From NCBI GenBank assembly GCA_041306005.1, contig JBFYKJ010000056.1:1-52478 (forward strand): DNA of 52,478 nt. Reading direction: 5' to 3'. The position numbers were made by a program, and so were the translations under genes. This document shows, piece by piece, positions 6,959 to 14,639 of the stretch (positions within the stretch are counted from its first letter, which is position 1; each line of letters begins with the position of its first letter). Source of the DNA: Candidatus Altiarchaeota archaeon. GTDB lineage: Archaea; Altiarchaeota; Altiarchaeia; JAFGQM01. Below the pieces are notes generated by a model. That model did no database searches, had not been told where the DNA came from, and saw only the letters and a list, made by a program, of their open reading frames with translations.

Positions 6959-8218
6959 CTACTTCAGATTCGCAAGGATCTCCTGCGCCCTGCCCATCCT
7001 AACGTTACTCTCCTTGACCATCTGGGCCGCAACGCTGTCTATCTTGTCGCCCGTCGCCCCGGCCATGACCGCGATGTTCCTTGCGTGAAGCGACATGTGG
7101 CCCTTCTGGATGCCCTCGGCTGAAAGCGCCCTGAGGGCGGCCAGGTTCTGGGCCAAACCCACTGCGGCCATTATGCCGGACAGCTCCTTGGCCGAGGAAA
7201 CGCCTATTATCTTCTGGCAGATCTTGAACACGGGGTGCACCTTTGTCGCCCCGCCGATTGTCGCGACGGCCATCGGGAGCTCGATTTCCCCGACGAGGTC
7301 GCCGCTCGAGTCCTTGTGGTAGCTGGTCAGGGGCTTGTAGGACTCCATCGCGGCGTACACGTGGGCGCCGGCCTCTATCGCCCTGTGGTCCTGGCCCGTG
7401 GCCACCGCCACCGCTATTATCCCGTTCATTATCCCCTTGTTGTGGGTGGAGCAGCGGTAGATGTCGCTCTCGGCGAATGCGTATGCCTTGAGGATGTTGT
7501 CCACGATTTCTTCCCCCCCAAGCGCCTCCTTGGCGAAGACCGCCTTGGCTTTCGCCATCCTGTGGACTGCGAGGTTGGATATTATCTTTAGCAGTGCGCG
7601 CCCGCCGCTCAGCTCCTCGAGGACGGGTGATATCGCCTCGGTCATCGTGTTTATCGCGTTCGCGCCCATTGCGTCGCGGACATCCACCATCAGGTGCACC
7701 CGAAGCATGTGGCCGTAGCGGGTCTCGAGGACCTTGGCTGTCAAATCCCTCGGGCCGCCGCCGAATTTCAGCAACACCGAATCCTGCTGTTCCGCGAGCT
7801 TGAGTATCCTCTCCTTGCTGTCAAGTATCCTCTGCTTTGCAGTATTTGGCTCCGGGACGTCGACCAGTTGTATCTGCCCTATCATGACGGGCTCGGTGCT
7901 CTCTGCAGTGAAACCGCCCCTGACCCGGGCCATCTTGGCGGCATTGGACGCCGCGGCGACGACAGAGGCTTCTTCTATCGCCATCGGGACCAGGTAATCC
8001 TTCCCATTGATTTTGAAGTTCGTCGCTATCCCGAGCGGGAGCGGGAGGACGCCTACCACGTTCTCTATCAGTATGTCAAGTGTCTTGTCGTCTATCGCGC
8101 CGTGCTTGGACAAAAGGGCCGCCTCATCGTCCGTCAAGCCGGCGAATTCCTTGACGAGCTTTAGCCTTTCAGCTATCGGAAGCTTGTAGAAGCCCGAGAT
8201 GTTGGAGGTTTTTTCCAT
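6959..8218 (-). CDS. hmgA: HMG-CoA reductase, class-II-like
   Basis: Motifs ENVVGVLPLPLGIA, DAMGANAINTM, ATIGGATK and SLHARN. Soluble, about 420 aa, with no N-terminal membrane domain. N-terminal ISGFYKLPIAERL resembles bacterial-type class II enzymes. ATG 8218 is preferred over TTG 8224. Confidence 0.88.
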   Translation of the reverse strand: MEKTSNISGFYKLPIAERLKLVKEFAGLTDDEAALLSKHGAIDDKTLDILIENVVGVLPLPLGIATNFKINGKDYLVPMAIEEASVVAAASNAAKMARVRGGFTAESTEPVMIGQIQLVDVPEPNTAKQRILDSKERILKLAEQQDSVLLKFGGGPRDLTAKVLETRYGHMLRVHLMVDVRDAMGANAINTMTEAISPVLEELSGGRALLKIISNLAVHRMAKAKAVFAKEALGGEEIVDNILKAYAFAESDIYRCSTHNKGIMNGIIAVAVATGQDHRAIEAGAHVYAAMESYKPLTSYHKDSSGDLVGEIELPMAVATIGGATKVHPVFKICQKIIGVSSAKELSGIMAAVGLAQNLAALRALSAEGIQKGHMSLHARNIAVMAGATGDKIDSVAAQMVKESNVRMGRAQEILANLK

Positions 8219-8257
8219 TTTCAATCGATGTCTGGGTATCCAGGATATCCCTAGGGG

Positions 8258-8482
8258 TCAAAGCATGCAATCGCTTGCGATCTTAGCCTCCCTGAGCGCG
8301 GAGTTGAGGACTGCGCGAAGGGCGCCGAGGTCCGAGGCTTCTGCCCTGAGGACCAGGGTGTCTTTCTCAGCCGAGGCTGACAGCACGCTGCGCTCCCCGG
8401 GCCGCTCGCCCACGGACATCGCCCGGGCGGCGTTTTTTGCCTCCCGTGAGCTGCCCATGAGCATGCGGGCCTCTGCCCTCAT
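8258..8482 (-). CDS. pcc1: KEOPS subunit Pcc1-like protein
   Basis: 74-aa ORF starting at ATG 8482, 1 nt after the rpoP stop. It carries the C-terminal Pcc1/CTAG-like motif LRAEASDLGALRAVLNSALRE. The longer track ORF (to 8722) overlaps rpoP and rpl37ae and is rejected. Confidence 0.6.
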   Translation of the reverse strand: MRAEARMLMGSSREAKNAARAMSVGERPGERSVLSASAEKDTLVLRAEASDLGALRAVLNSALREAKIASDCML

Positions 8483-8483
8483 C

Positions 8484-8615
8484 TTAGACCGCAGGGAGCT
8501 CCCTGACCTGGCCAGCGCTGCGCTTGACCAATATGCGGCCGCTGCAGTAGGGGCACACGACTTTCGCCACGTTGTCCACCACCTTGCCGCACTTCTGGCA
8601 TACGTATTCGCCCAT
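8484..8615 (-). CDS. rpoP: DNA-directed RNA polymerase subunit P (Rpo12)
   Basis: 43-aa zinc-ribbon protein MGEYVCQKCGKVVDNVAKVVCPYCSGRILVKR (CxxC...CxxC). Its ATG lies 1 nt after the rpl37ae stop. This is its typical position in the archaeal exosome superoperon. Confidence 0.75.
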   Translation of the reverse strand: MGEYVCQKCGKVVDNVAKVVCPYCSGRILVKRSAGQVRELPAV

Positions 8616-8616
8616 T

Positions 8617-8823
8617 TTAAGCTGTTTGCACGTAGTACGCGCCGCCCGTGAACTTCCCGCAGTTCGGGCACTCGAAGACGCCGGGGTTGACCCTCTTTGA
8701 GGCCTTGCCGCACTTCGGGCATTCCTGCTCAGCCCTCTGCTTCTTCTCCACAACGGCGAAGCGCCTACGGATAGAACTGCCGTATTTCTTCCCGAGCTTC
8801 CTGCCGTACTTTGTATCGCTCAT
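8617..8823 (-). CDS. rpl37ae: Ribosomal protein L37Ae (eL43)
   Basis: YGSSIRRRFAVVEKKQRAEQECPKCGK...FECPNCGKFTGGAY, a four-Cys zinc ribbon of typical length. Confidence 0.9.
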   Translation of the reverse strand: MSDTKYGRKLGKKYGSSIRRRFAVVEKKQRAEQECPKCGKASKRVNPGVFECPNCGKFTGGAYYVQTA

Positions 8824-8869
8824 TTTGTTTGTTTTACGTTTATTCTGTTGCTGCCTGGCAAACCCCAGC

Positions 8870-9652
8870 TCACTTGAAGAGCTTCTTCACCTTCTTATAG
8901 CCCGCAAGCGCCTTGTCCACCATCTGGGTGATCTCCTCCGGCGAGAACGCGCCTATGCCGCCCTTCTGCATGGCGTGGATGCGGTCGTCGGCGACGGTGA
9001 CAGTCAGCCTGGCGTCAAGCGCGTACTCCTCGTCAAGGATAGGGTCTAAGAGTATCTTCCCGCCTATCTTGGCAAAGGTGAACGACACCGGTATCTTCGT
9101 TATCGGGAGGTCCTTGCTCTTCTCCCTGATTATAACGCCCTTCTCCTCGTCGTACTTAGGCACCCATGTGGTGTTCAGGGCCGCAGTCGCCGCGAGCATG
9201 CAGGCGTCTAAAAGATTCCCGTCGTGGTTCAGCACGTGGATGTCTATAGACACCATCCACACCTTTTCACCCGGTATGATGCACATCTTGTCCAGGTCTA
9301 TCATGTGGGACTCGCGTATCCCCCTGTCTACGACACGGGCAAGCTCGATGGCGTCCTCGCCCGGCCTTCCCGTTTCGAAATCGGGTGAGGCGATGGGGAC
9401 AAGCTCCGCCGAGGTCATCATGACCCCGGAGTTCGGCCCGTCGGAGTACGGGTCGCCTGCGAGTATCTTTATCCCGCAGAGCACGTCTGTGTTGCCCAGC
9501 TTGACCCTCGCGCTGCCCTCCGCCTTCGTCTCTATCATGTTCGTCTCTATCTTGATATCGCGGATGTCGTCAAGGCCGCGGCCGTCAACGCGCCTGCCGC
9601 TCTCGACCATCCTGCCGATGAAGTGCTTCTTCAGCTCTTTGTCGATGTTCAT
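8870..9652 (-). CDS. rrp42: Exosome complex component Rrp42
   Basis: RNase PH-like fold: GRRVDGRGLDDIRDIKIETN, EGSARVKLGNTDVLCGIK. Located downstream of rrp41. Confidence 0.9.
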   Translation of the reverse strand: MNIDKELKKHFIGRMVESGRRVDGRGLDDIRDIKIETNMIETKAEGSARVKLGNTDVLCGIKILAGDPYSDGPNSGVMMTSAELVPIASPDFETGRPGEDAIELARVVDRGIRESHMIDLDKMCIIPGEKVWMVSIDIHVLNHDGNLLDACMLAATAALNTTWVPKYDEEKGVIIREKSKDLPITKIPVSFTFAKIGGKILLDPILDEEYALDARLTVTVADDRIHAMQKGGIGAFSPEEITQMVDKALAGYKKVKKLFK

Positions 9653-9691
9653 TTTGTCGTGTTTTTACGCAATCTTTATGTCGTTATCGCT

Positions 9692-10411
9692 TCACAGCTT
9701 GGCGTACTTGTCCTTGAGCGCCTTCTTCTGCAGCTCATAGACGGCCTTGCAGCCCTGTATGCCGTATGCCTTCGCCTTCTCGAGCTCCTCCTTCGTGAAG
9801 TCGCCGTCCAGCTGCAGGAGCACCATCTCGTCCTTTGACGGGACGTATGCTATGGGCATGTCGCCCTCGCCGAAGTTGTCTTCCAGCTGGTCGAGGTCGA
9901 GGATTATCTCCCCGCCCGCCTTGCCCGCCGCGCACGCGACGACAAGGTCCCTCATCGGGATGCCCGCGTCCGCAAGGGCCACTGCGCCCGCCGTTAGAGC
10001 GGCGCACCTTGTCCCTGCGTCAGCCTGGAGCACTTCCATGAAGACGTCCACGACGCTTGTCGGGAAATGGTTGAGGAATACCACTCTCTCGAGCGCCTCC
10101 CTTATCACCATGCTTATTTCCGTGCTCCGCCTGTCGGGGCCCGGCTTTTTCCTGTCGTCCACGGAGAACGGCGCCATGTTGTACCTGCATCTTAGCACAG
10201 CCTGCGTGGTCTCCTGGTTGTGCTTCGGGTGCATCTCCCTCGGCCCGTAGACCGCCGCCATTATCTTGTTCTTGCCCCATTCGAGGTAGCAAGACCCGTC
10301 CGCCCTCTGCAGGACCCCGGCCTCTATCTTTATAGGCCTTAGCTCGTCAAACTTCCTGCCGTCATGCCTCTTCCCCTTAACGATCAAGGGGACATCGCTT
10401 TTCATGCCCAT
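9692..10411 (-). CDS. rrp41: Exosome complex exonuclease Rrp41
   Basis: RNase PH domain: [65 protein letters not shown]. Confidence 0.92.
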   Translation of the reverse strand: MGMKSDVPLIVKGKRHDGRKFDELRPIKIEAGVLQRADGSCYLEWGKNKIMAAVYGPREMHPKHNQETTQAVLRCRYNMAPFSVDDRKKPGPDRRSTEISMVIREALERVVFLNHFPTSVVDVFMEVLQADAGTRCAALTAGAVALADAGIPMRDLVVACAAGKAGGEIILDLDQLEDNFGEGDMPIAYVPSKDEMVLLQLDGDFTKEELEKAKAYGIQGCKAVYELQKKALKDKYAKL

Positions 10412-10435
10412 TTTATTTGATAATAACTCGAGCTT

Positions 10436-11512
10436 TCAGCTCGCGTCTTTGTCGTCGTTTTGCTCGTCGTCCCAGTCCCTTTTTGCTTCGGAGACCGGCT
10501 CTTTTGAGTATGATTCCGCGTCGGCCTCGTCGTACTTTGGCTTGTCCGGATAGCCGCCCGCTTCCTTGTACTGCCCCTCGGGCTTGTCTTCGCGCTGGCC
10601 GCCTTCCCTATGGCCGCCCTCGTCGCGCCGCCTGCCCTCATCACGGTAAGAGTCCCTTCGCCCACCGCGGTCCCCGCCGCGCCTGTCATCCCTGCGCCGG
10701 TTATCATCCCTGCGGTCGCCGCCCCGGCCGTAGCCGCCCCTGCGGTCGCCGCCCCGGCCGTAGCCGCCCCTGCGCTCATCGCGCTCTTCCCTGTCCTGCT
10801 GGGCCGCGCGGGCGAGCCTCTCAAGCTCGACTGGGTCCTTGCCCATTGCCTTTATCCCTTCTACCAGGTATTCGGATATCCTGTCGGTGAGGCCCTTTGT
10901 ATGCGACTCGGCCTCTATCTTCTTTATCGCGCCTATTATGAGCTGGGACAGATCGTCCGGCCCGTCTATCCATATTATGCCGTTCTGCCCGACAACGACC
11001 CTGCAGTTCGTCTTGTCGCGCAGGAGCGAGAGCATGGACTTCTTGCTGCCGATGACGCGCGGTATCTTCTTTGCGTTGACCGTGAGTATCACCCCGCCTT
11101 CAAGCTTGCGGGGCCCGTCGACATAACTGGCCTTGATCTCGTTGACCTCGCTGATTTTTACCGACACGACGTCGCCCTCCTTAAAGAGCGTCCTAAGGTC
11201 GAGCATGTCGTCGTCCTCGCGGTCGCGCCTCCGCTCCTTGTTGAGGTACGCCGTGTAAGCTGGGGTTATCCCTATCAGCCAGCCAGTGCGCATGACCTCA
11301 GTCACAACGCCAACGACCATGTCGCCCTCCTTTGGCACATATTGGCCGCTGAGAGGTATGACAGAAACGTCCTTCTCGCCGCTCTTCAGGCCGAATACCG
11401 CGGACCGCAGGCCCTCCGCATCGCTGAATGTGTTGTCGCCCTTGCGCGATTTGCCCAACAGCTCGCCGGGAATCACTATATCCCCCCTAAGCTCAAGTTC
11501 GCCCATCATCAA
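10436..11512 (-). CDS. rrp4: Exosome RNA-binding subunit Rrp4 with a C-terminal extension of about 120 aa rich in Arg/Gly/Asp
   Basis: The first ~235 aa show the N-terminal, S1 and KH layout (IVIPGELLG, GDMVVGVVTEV, VVVGQNGIIWIDG). The tail from about residue 236 reads ...RRGGYGRGGDRRGGYGRGGDRRDDNRRRDDRRGGDRGGRRD... Confidence 0.88.
   Translation of the reverse strand: MMMGELELRGDIVIPGELLGKSRKGDNTFSDAEGLRSAVFGLKSGEKDVSVIPLSGQYVPKEGDMVVGVVTEVMRTGWLIGITPAYTAYLNKERRRDREDDDMLDLRTLFKEGDVVSVKISEVNEIKASYVDGPRKLEGGVILTVNAKKIPRVIGSKKSMLSLLRDKTNCRVVVGQNGIIWIDGPDDLSQLIIGAIKKIEAESHTKGLTDRISEYLVEGIKAMGKDPVELERLARAAQQDREERDERRGGYGRGGDRRGGYGRGGDRRDDNRRRDDRRGGDRGGRRDSYRDEGRRRDEGGHREGGQREDKPEGQYKEAGGYPDKPKYDEADAESYSKEPVSEAKRDWDDEQNDDKDAS
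10711..10770. repeat. Perfect 30-bp tandem duplication inside the rrp4 tail
   Basis: TGCGGTCGCCGCCCCGGCCGTAGCCGCCCC occurs at 10711-10740 and again at 10741-10770. On the minus strand it encodes RGGYGRGGDR twice. Confidence 0.9.
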
Positions 11513-11565
11513 TCACTTGTCCTCAGTTATAACATATAAGCAAAAGGGCATGCACGCAGAACCAG

Positions 11566-12258
11566 TCATTCCTTCAGCACCCTCGTCTCCACGTTGCCCT
11601 TCGTGAAGGAGTTCAGCTCGTTGTAAAGCTCGTCCTGAAGGCCCGCAGGCAGCTCGATTATCGCCGCAAGGGACCCGTCCTTCAGCCATTCTTCCTTCTG
11701 CACAGTGTAGTGGCGCAGGTGGGCATATGCTTTTGGGGCGAACTCAGCCGGTATCTTGACTGCCAGCCTCAGCTTCTCGAACTTGACCGGGAGTATCGGC
11801 CGTATGGCCTTTATCGCGTCCTCGAGCTGCGCCTCGAACCGTTTATGCAAGTCAACGCCGAAGTGGCCCTTCTCAAGGGCGTTTTTCACCCTCTCGGGCG
11901 GGTGGGGCCTCCCGGTCTGCGGGTCTACGGCATCCCTGCATATGGCCTGCACGACGCGCTGCAGCCTCTGGTCGGCCATCTCCTTCCTCTGCTCGGTCGT
12001 AAGCTGTATCTCGCCCTCTTTTAATATCTTGGCGGCGACGTCGTTGATATTGTCGGTGCCAAACGCCTTCTTCAGCGCGTCCGCGTTGGCCTTGTCGCCC
12101 TTGCGGGCGTCCTTGAACACGTTGTCGATTTCCAGGACCTCTTCTATGCCTACCCCCGCCCCGGACTTGAACTCTTCGGCCTTTTTCGGGTCGACCAGTA
12201 TCTCAAAGTGCTCGCCAAATTTGGCAAACCGGGCCACAACACTGTTCTCTATGGTCAT
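11566..12258 (-). CDS. SBDS/Sdo1-family ribosome maturation protein
   Basis: N-terminal FYSH-like segment VARFAKFGEHFEILVDPKKA. 230 aa. Conserved position between psmA and rrp4. Confidence 0.85.
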   Translation of the reverse strand: MTIENSVVARFAKFGEHFEILVDPKKAEEFKSGAGVGIEEVLEIDNVFKDARKGDKANADALKKAFGTDNINDVAAKILKEGEIQLTTEQRKEMADQRLQRVVQAICRDAVDPQTGRPHPPERVKNALEKGHFGVDLHKRFEAQLEDAIKAIRPILPVKFEKLRLAVKIPAEFAPKAYAHLRHYTVQKEEWLKDGSLAAIIELPAGLQDELYNELNSFTKGNVETRVLKE

Positions 12259-12305
12259 TTTATCTCATGATCGTGAATTGCCGCGATTGGGAAGGTAGGT
12301 GCATC

Positions 12306-13061
12306 CTACTTCTTCGCGTCCTTTGCCTCTTTCGGCTTTTCTCCCTTCGCGGCGGCTTCCAGCTCGTCAAGGGGCAGCATCTTGAACTTCTTGTCCGTGG
12401 CGTCGACGATTGCGACATTCACGTTCTTTATGTCGAACTTGCCCTGCGAGACCTGGCGAAGCGCGGATATAGCCAGCCTTACCGCCTCGTTCCTTGGCAT
12501 GTTCTGCTTGTAGCTCTTCTCGAAGAATTTTTCAACTTCTTTCTTCCCGGAGCCTATGGCCGTAGCCAGGTACTGCGTGTACGCCCCGCTCGGGTCCGTT
12601 TCATACAGCTGCTTCCCGTCGCCGTTGACCCCGGCTATGAGGAGCGCGCAGCCGAACGGGCGCACGCCGCCGAACTGGGTGTAGACTTGAGAGGTATTGG
12701 AGATTCGTCGGGTCAATTCAGAAACCGATATCTGCTCGTCGTAGGCGATTGCGTTCTTCTGCGCCTCGAGGCGCGCCTCCTCGACCATCCTGCGGGCGTC
12801 CGCGATAAGGCCTGAAGACGCGGCCCCTATGTGCTCGTCTATCTGGTAGATCTTTTCAATCGAATCCTGGACTAATAGGGGGTAATCCACAGACTTGTCG
12901 ACTGCCAGGAGCACGCCGTCCTTGTAGATGATGCCGACCGCAGTCGTCCCCCTCTTTACCGCCTCGCGGGCGTATTCGACCTGGAAAATCCTCCCGTCCG
13001 GGCTAAAGACGGTGATAGCTCTGTCATATGCCAGTTGTCCTCCGGGATACATTTCGTCCAC
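12306..13061 (-). CDS. psmA: Proteasome subunit alpha
   Basis: YDRAITVFSPDGRIFQVEYAREAVKRGTTAVGI. 251 aa with a short Lys/Glu-rich C-terminal tail. Confidence 0.95.
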   Translation of the reverse strand: MDEMYPGGQLAYDRAITVFSPDGRIFQVEYAREAVKRGTTAVGIIYKDGVLLAVDKSVDYPLLVQDSIEKIYQIDEHIGAASSGLIADARRMVEEARLEAQKNAIAYDEQISVSELTRRISNTSQVYTQFGGVRPFGCALLIAGVNGDGKQLYETDPSGAYTQYLATAIGSGKKEVEKFFEKSYKQNMPRNEAVRLAISALRQVSQGKFDIKNVNVAIVDATDKKFKMLPLDELEAAAKGEKPKEAKDAKK

Positions 13062-13231
13062 CTCGTTAGCGCGAAAAGCCCGCCGCTTTATGCGGGCCGC
13101 GTGAAGTTCTTAACATGAATCCTTGATATTGAAAAGTGAAGAAACAGCGTATACTTTGAACGAAAGGTTATAAAAAGGCGGCTTGCGAGGGACTTGGCAT
13201 CTGGGGGTTAAACTCCGCGGGGGGTAGGCCC

Positions 13232-13573
13232 TTATGCCCACTTCCCGCGGGCTTTCTTGAGTATCCCGCTCACCCCCGCGACGCGAAGGGCGACTTTCTG
13301 CCTCCCGGCCTCCTTGACTAGGGCAAGGACCATCCTGCCCTCGTCCACACTTCCGCGATTGACCTTGACGACCCCTTTCTGCTTCTTCTCGTCGAAGTCG
13401 ACGACCCGCATGCCGGAGCGGGAAACTCCAAGCTCCCCGAGGAACGAGAGTGCCGACGCCCAGATGGCCTTTCCCATCTCCTCGCCGGATACGGGCCCGC
13501 CGGCGGTTATATCATATACCAAATAGCGGTTGCTCTCGCGCTTTGCAGGCGGAAGGGGATTTAGGGTGTCCAT
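13232..13573 (-). CDS. rnp2: RNase P protein component 2 (Pop5/Rpp14 family)
   Basis: LPPAKRESNRYLVYDI... and ALRVAGVSGILKKAR fit the Pop5 family. Located at the head of the exosome/proteasome superoperon. ATG 13573 is preferred over TTG 13594. Confidence 0.7.
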   Translation of the reverse strand: MDTLNPLPPAKRESNRYLVYDITAGGPVSGEEMGKAIWASALSFLGELGVSRSGMRVVDFDEKKQKGVVKVNRGSVDEGRMVLALVKEAGRQKVALRVAGVSGILKKARGKWA

Positions 13574-13600
13574 AGTTGTTTTTTGAGGCAGCAATAATAA

Positions 13601-13656
13601 GTTACACTACATAAAAGCCACCAAGTCGGGCATAACGGCTGCCAGTTTACACTGCA
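13601..13656 (+). promoter_or_regulatory. Two copies of the recurrent motif (GTTACACTACA at 13601-13611; TTTACACTGCA at 13646-13656) in the pop5/fen divergent promoter region
   Basis: The exact 11-mer is also found at 345-355 and, on the minus strand, at 300-310. It is flanked by the A/T-rich boxes AATAATAA and CATAAAAG. Confidence 0.4.
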
Positions 13657-13660
13657 CAAG

Positions 13661-14638
13661 ATGGGCGTCAACTTGAGAGACCTGATAACCGGCCACGAGA
13701 TATCGTGGTCCGAGCTTCGCGGGCGGAAGATAGCGATGGACGCCCTTAATAATCTATACCAGTTCCTTGCCACTATCCGCCAGCCCGACGGGACGCCGCT
13801 TCTTGATTCTAATGGGAATATTACGTCACACCTTACAGGCCTCTTTTACCGGACAATCCGCGTGTGCGAGAACGGGGTCAAGCCGTGCTACGTCTTTGAC
13901 GGCAAGCCGCCCGATTTGAAAGGCAGGGAGCTTGACAAGAGGAGGGAGCGAAAAATAGCTGCCGAGGAGAAGTGGAAGGACGCCAAGGAGAGGGGCGACC
14001 TTGAGGAGGCGAAGAAGTACGCCTCGATGACGTCGCGCTTTACCCCGGAGATGTTAGATGAATCGAAGAAACTTCTTGAAGCGATGGGGATACCGATAGT
14101 GCAGGCGCCCGGCGAGGGGGAGGCGCAGTGCGCGCACATGTGCCTGAAAGGGGAGGTTTATGCTACAGGGTCGCAGGATTATGATTCTCTACTGGCAGGT
14201 TCCCCGATACTGATAAAGAACATGACGATGCAGGAGAAGTTCCAATTAGAGAGAATCGACCTTGCGGAGAATTTGAAGAATCTGGGGATAACGAGGGAAC
14301 AGTTAATAGATATAGCTATCTTAATAGGCACGGATTTCAACGCCGGGGTGCGCGGGATAGGCCCGAAGAAGGGCTACAAGGCCGTGAAGGAGGGAAAGAT
14401 GGGCGAGTTTAAGGAAGCCTTAGGCGACAGGTATGATATGGTGAAAGAACTCTTCCTTAAACCCGAGACCACCGACAAGTACAAGCTCGAGTGGAAGCCG
14501 CCGAACGCGGAGAAGATACGCGGGATACTCGTCGGCGAGCACAGCTTCTCCGAGATGCGCGTGGACAAGGGGATAGAGCGGCTGGAAGAGGCGTTCACAA
14601 AGAACGTCAGCCAGTCCAGCTTGAGCCAGTGGTTCTAA
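13661..14638 (+). CDS. fen: Flap endonuclease 1
   Basis: MGVNLRDL..IAMDALNNLYQFL, TSHLTGLFYRT, FDGKPPDLK, PGEGEAQCAHM, GTDFN. Confidence 0.93.
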   Translation: MGVNLRDLITGHEISWSELRGRKIAMDALNNLYQFLATIRQPDGTPLLDSNGNITSHLTGLFYRTIRVCENGVKPCYVFDGKPPDLKGRELDKRRERKIAAEEKWKDAKERGDLEEAKKYASMTSRFTPEMLDESKKLLEAMGIPIVQAPGEGEAQCAHMCLKGEVYATGSQDYDSLLAGSPILIKNMTMQEKFQLERIDLAENLKNLGITREQLIDIAILIGTDFNAGVRGIGPKKGYKAVKEGKMGEFKEALGDRYDMVKELFLKPETTDKYKLEWKPPNAEKIRGILVGEHSFSEMRVDKGIERLEEAFTKNVSQSSLSQWF

Positions 14639-14639
14639 G

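Noticed and set aside
10402-10824. 140-aa Ala/Thr/Gly/Arg-rich minus-strand ORF and 10417-10890 plus-strand ORF over the rrp4 3' region
   Set aside because: They are alternative-frame readings of the RGG-tail repeat DNA. The rrp4 frame is continuous with the conserved S1/KH domains.
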